A stretch of 64,000 bases of DNA from Antedon mediterranea (taxonomy: Eukaryota > Animalia > Echinodermata), in NCBI RefSeq assembly GCF_964355755.1, contig NC_092673.1:27587648-27651647 (forward strand), given 5' to 3'. This document shows, one piece after another, positions 62,801 through 64,000 of the stretch (position 1 is the first letter of the stretch; every line of letters begins with the position of its first letter). The notes beneath the pieces are model-generated. The model was not told where the DNA came from, searched no databases, and saw only the letters and a program-made list of their open reading frames with translations. A program made the position numbers and the translations under genes.

Positions 62801-63848
62801 ATTGTGTAACTTGGACTAATGTTATTAGTTATGGTATTTTTTATGTTTTTGGATAATTTTACATCATCATTGTCATTTTTTCAGTAATTTTTTTTTTTTG
62901 GATTAACATAATAAAATGTATTTTATAATTATTTTGCAGCATGTCCAATCTGCTACAACCTAATTAATGATAACTACTTCACATTGGTGTCTGAAAGTCA
63001 AAATGCGACAATACGCACAGAGTATCTGACATCCCAAGATAACTCGTCCATCATTGGTCCTTTCTCGGAGCGTTTGCAAGCATCCTATGATCAAATGCTG
63101 CAACTTGTTGCTGATGTAAGTTCTCCTCAACATTAATAATCGTTTCCCTCTTACAAAGTATTTTTCTAAAGATTATATGCTTCTATGAAAGGTTTTATAC
63201 TGTAAAATTTTCCTACATAAGATTTCTCCGGGAAAAAATATATATATGACGAGATCTAATAAGATCGAAACAGTACTGTCTGCAGATTGGATATATATAT
63301 ATATATATATAAACAAATCAGGCAAAGAACATTAATTCTAAACCGCCCGGTGATATACTGAAATTTAATTAATTAATTTGAAACGATAAAGACCACATAT
63401 GCATATTCATTTTGGTAAAGATGTTGTAATTACTTTTTGAGTAATCCTGCTAACAAACAAAAAACAGACAAACATACAAACACACGTGATCGATTACATA
63501 TACCTCCGCCAAGGAGGTAAATGAACACTAGCTGTATGTATACAGTATGAATGCATGCAAAAGCAAAAAACAAACATTTAAACTCTCTCTCATTGTCAAT
63601 TTATCAAATCTTTATCTTTTCATTTTAGTCAATGGATGTGATAAATGAAGGTCAGGATGTCAACGCTGACCTCGACCAATTGAATGCAACAATGTTTGAG
63701 TTAATGGCGACCTTAGAGAATGCAGAAATGACCATACCACTTGCTAATGCCAGCGGCTTTATCTCTGTCAGTAACTATTTCCAAGCTCAATCAGCAATAG
63801 CTGTAATCCAAGAGAATCTGCAGCAATCATTTCAGATACTAGAAAATG
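49030..63848 (+). CDS. Laminin-like chain (LN - LE repeats - beta-type IV-like domain - LE - L4/IVA - LE - coiled coil), 3' incomplete
   Basis: In-phase GT-AG exons: 49030(or 49069)-49320, 50823-51460, 51848-52029, 53232-53399, 55974-56153, 56272-56417, 56624-56928, 57145-57485, 58214-58345, 58831-58974, 59126-59447, 60019-60261, 60776-61146, 61531-61698, 62037-62315, 62633-62776, 62940-63115, 63629-63848. Signal peptide, LN motifs ([27 protein letters not shown]), many CxC..G..C LE repeats, [14 protein letters not shown] (L4), CPICYNLI and then heptad-like sequence. Confidence 0.92.
51624..51725. mobile_element. Harbinger/PIF-like MITE copy (further copies at ~52932-53086, 57700-57832, 62455-62580, 63910-64000)
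   Basis: agctctgtctacactatcaaact TIR with TAA/TTA 3-bp flanking duplications. Confidence 0.8.
54177..54428. mobile_element. Short TTAA-flanked MITE (Kolobok-like)
   Basis: ttaa|agatgtgttttccccc ... gggggacaacatct|ttaa; internal sequence resembles 44375-44470. Confidence 0.6.
58581..58780 (+). mobile_element. Degenerate tRNA-derived SINE (similar head at ~59480-59560)
   Basis: tggtggttaaggtgctcgcctactgatccaaaagtcctgggtacaaatcctg A/B-box-like head and A-rich tail. Confidence 0.55.
60500..60710. repeat. Intronic tandem repeat, 3 x ~67-70 bp
   Basis: tgatacccacagcattgtcattttttt..gtgcttatttt...tatcttcattgagatccagcca repeated. Confidence 0.8.
63246..63287 (+). ncRNA. Minimal type I hammerhead ribozyme motif (5'-truncated)
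   Basis: (a)TGACGA-GATC-taataa-GATC-GAAAC-agtact-GTC: CUGANGA core lacking its first C, 4-bp stem II, GAAA, palindromic stem III acagtactgt and GUC cleavage triplet. Confidence 0.7.
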
Positions 63849-64000
63849 GTAAAATACTTTTATGTTTATTATTTGACAGACTTTCAAAGTGATTTGGACA
63901 GAAATGTAAAGCTCTGTCAACACTATCAAACTAGCGTGACAAAAAAGTGTGATGTGCCCAAATATGCCCATATATGGGCACATCGCATTTTTTTTCACAC

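Overview
AT-rich, intron-containing animal genomic DNA. It is most likely an invertebrate deuterostome, probably an echinoderm, inferred from the PKS type, the Deu/Nin-like SINE and the repeat landscape. There are three host genes. (1) A complete 6-exon flavin-containing monooxygenase (FMO, + strand, 9683-14479, ~524 aa). (2) A complete 3-exon iterative type I polyketide synthase (KS-AT-DH-cMT-ER-KR-ACP, no TE; - strand, 26314-18220, ~2400 aa), lying tail-to-tail only ~3.7 kb from the FMO. (3) The 5' part of a laminin-like chain with a mixed beta/gamma domain layout (+ strand, from ~49030 off the right edge). A decayed FMO paralog exon lies just upstream of the intact FMO, and a class A GPCR pseudogene fragment sits between FMO and PKS. 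The most interesting signal is the PKS-FMO pair. These two enzyme families are known to act together in echinoderm polyketide pigment synthesis, and here they are physically clustered like a small animal biosynthetic gene cluster. The rest is mobile DNA: a hairpin-unit 94-bp tandem array, Kolobok-, Harbinger- and Mutator-like non-autonomous elements, LINE remnants, SINEs, a degenerate DIRS/Ngaro tyrosine-recombinase retrotransposon, and a CsRn1-type Ty3/Gypsy element. There is also a (TA)n-associated repeat that carries a tRNA-Asp-like gene with an ATC anticodon and is linked at one site to a minimal hammerhead ribozyme. All calls come from manual reading; no database searches were run.
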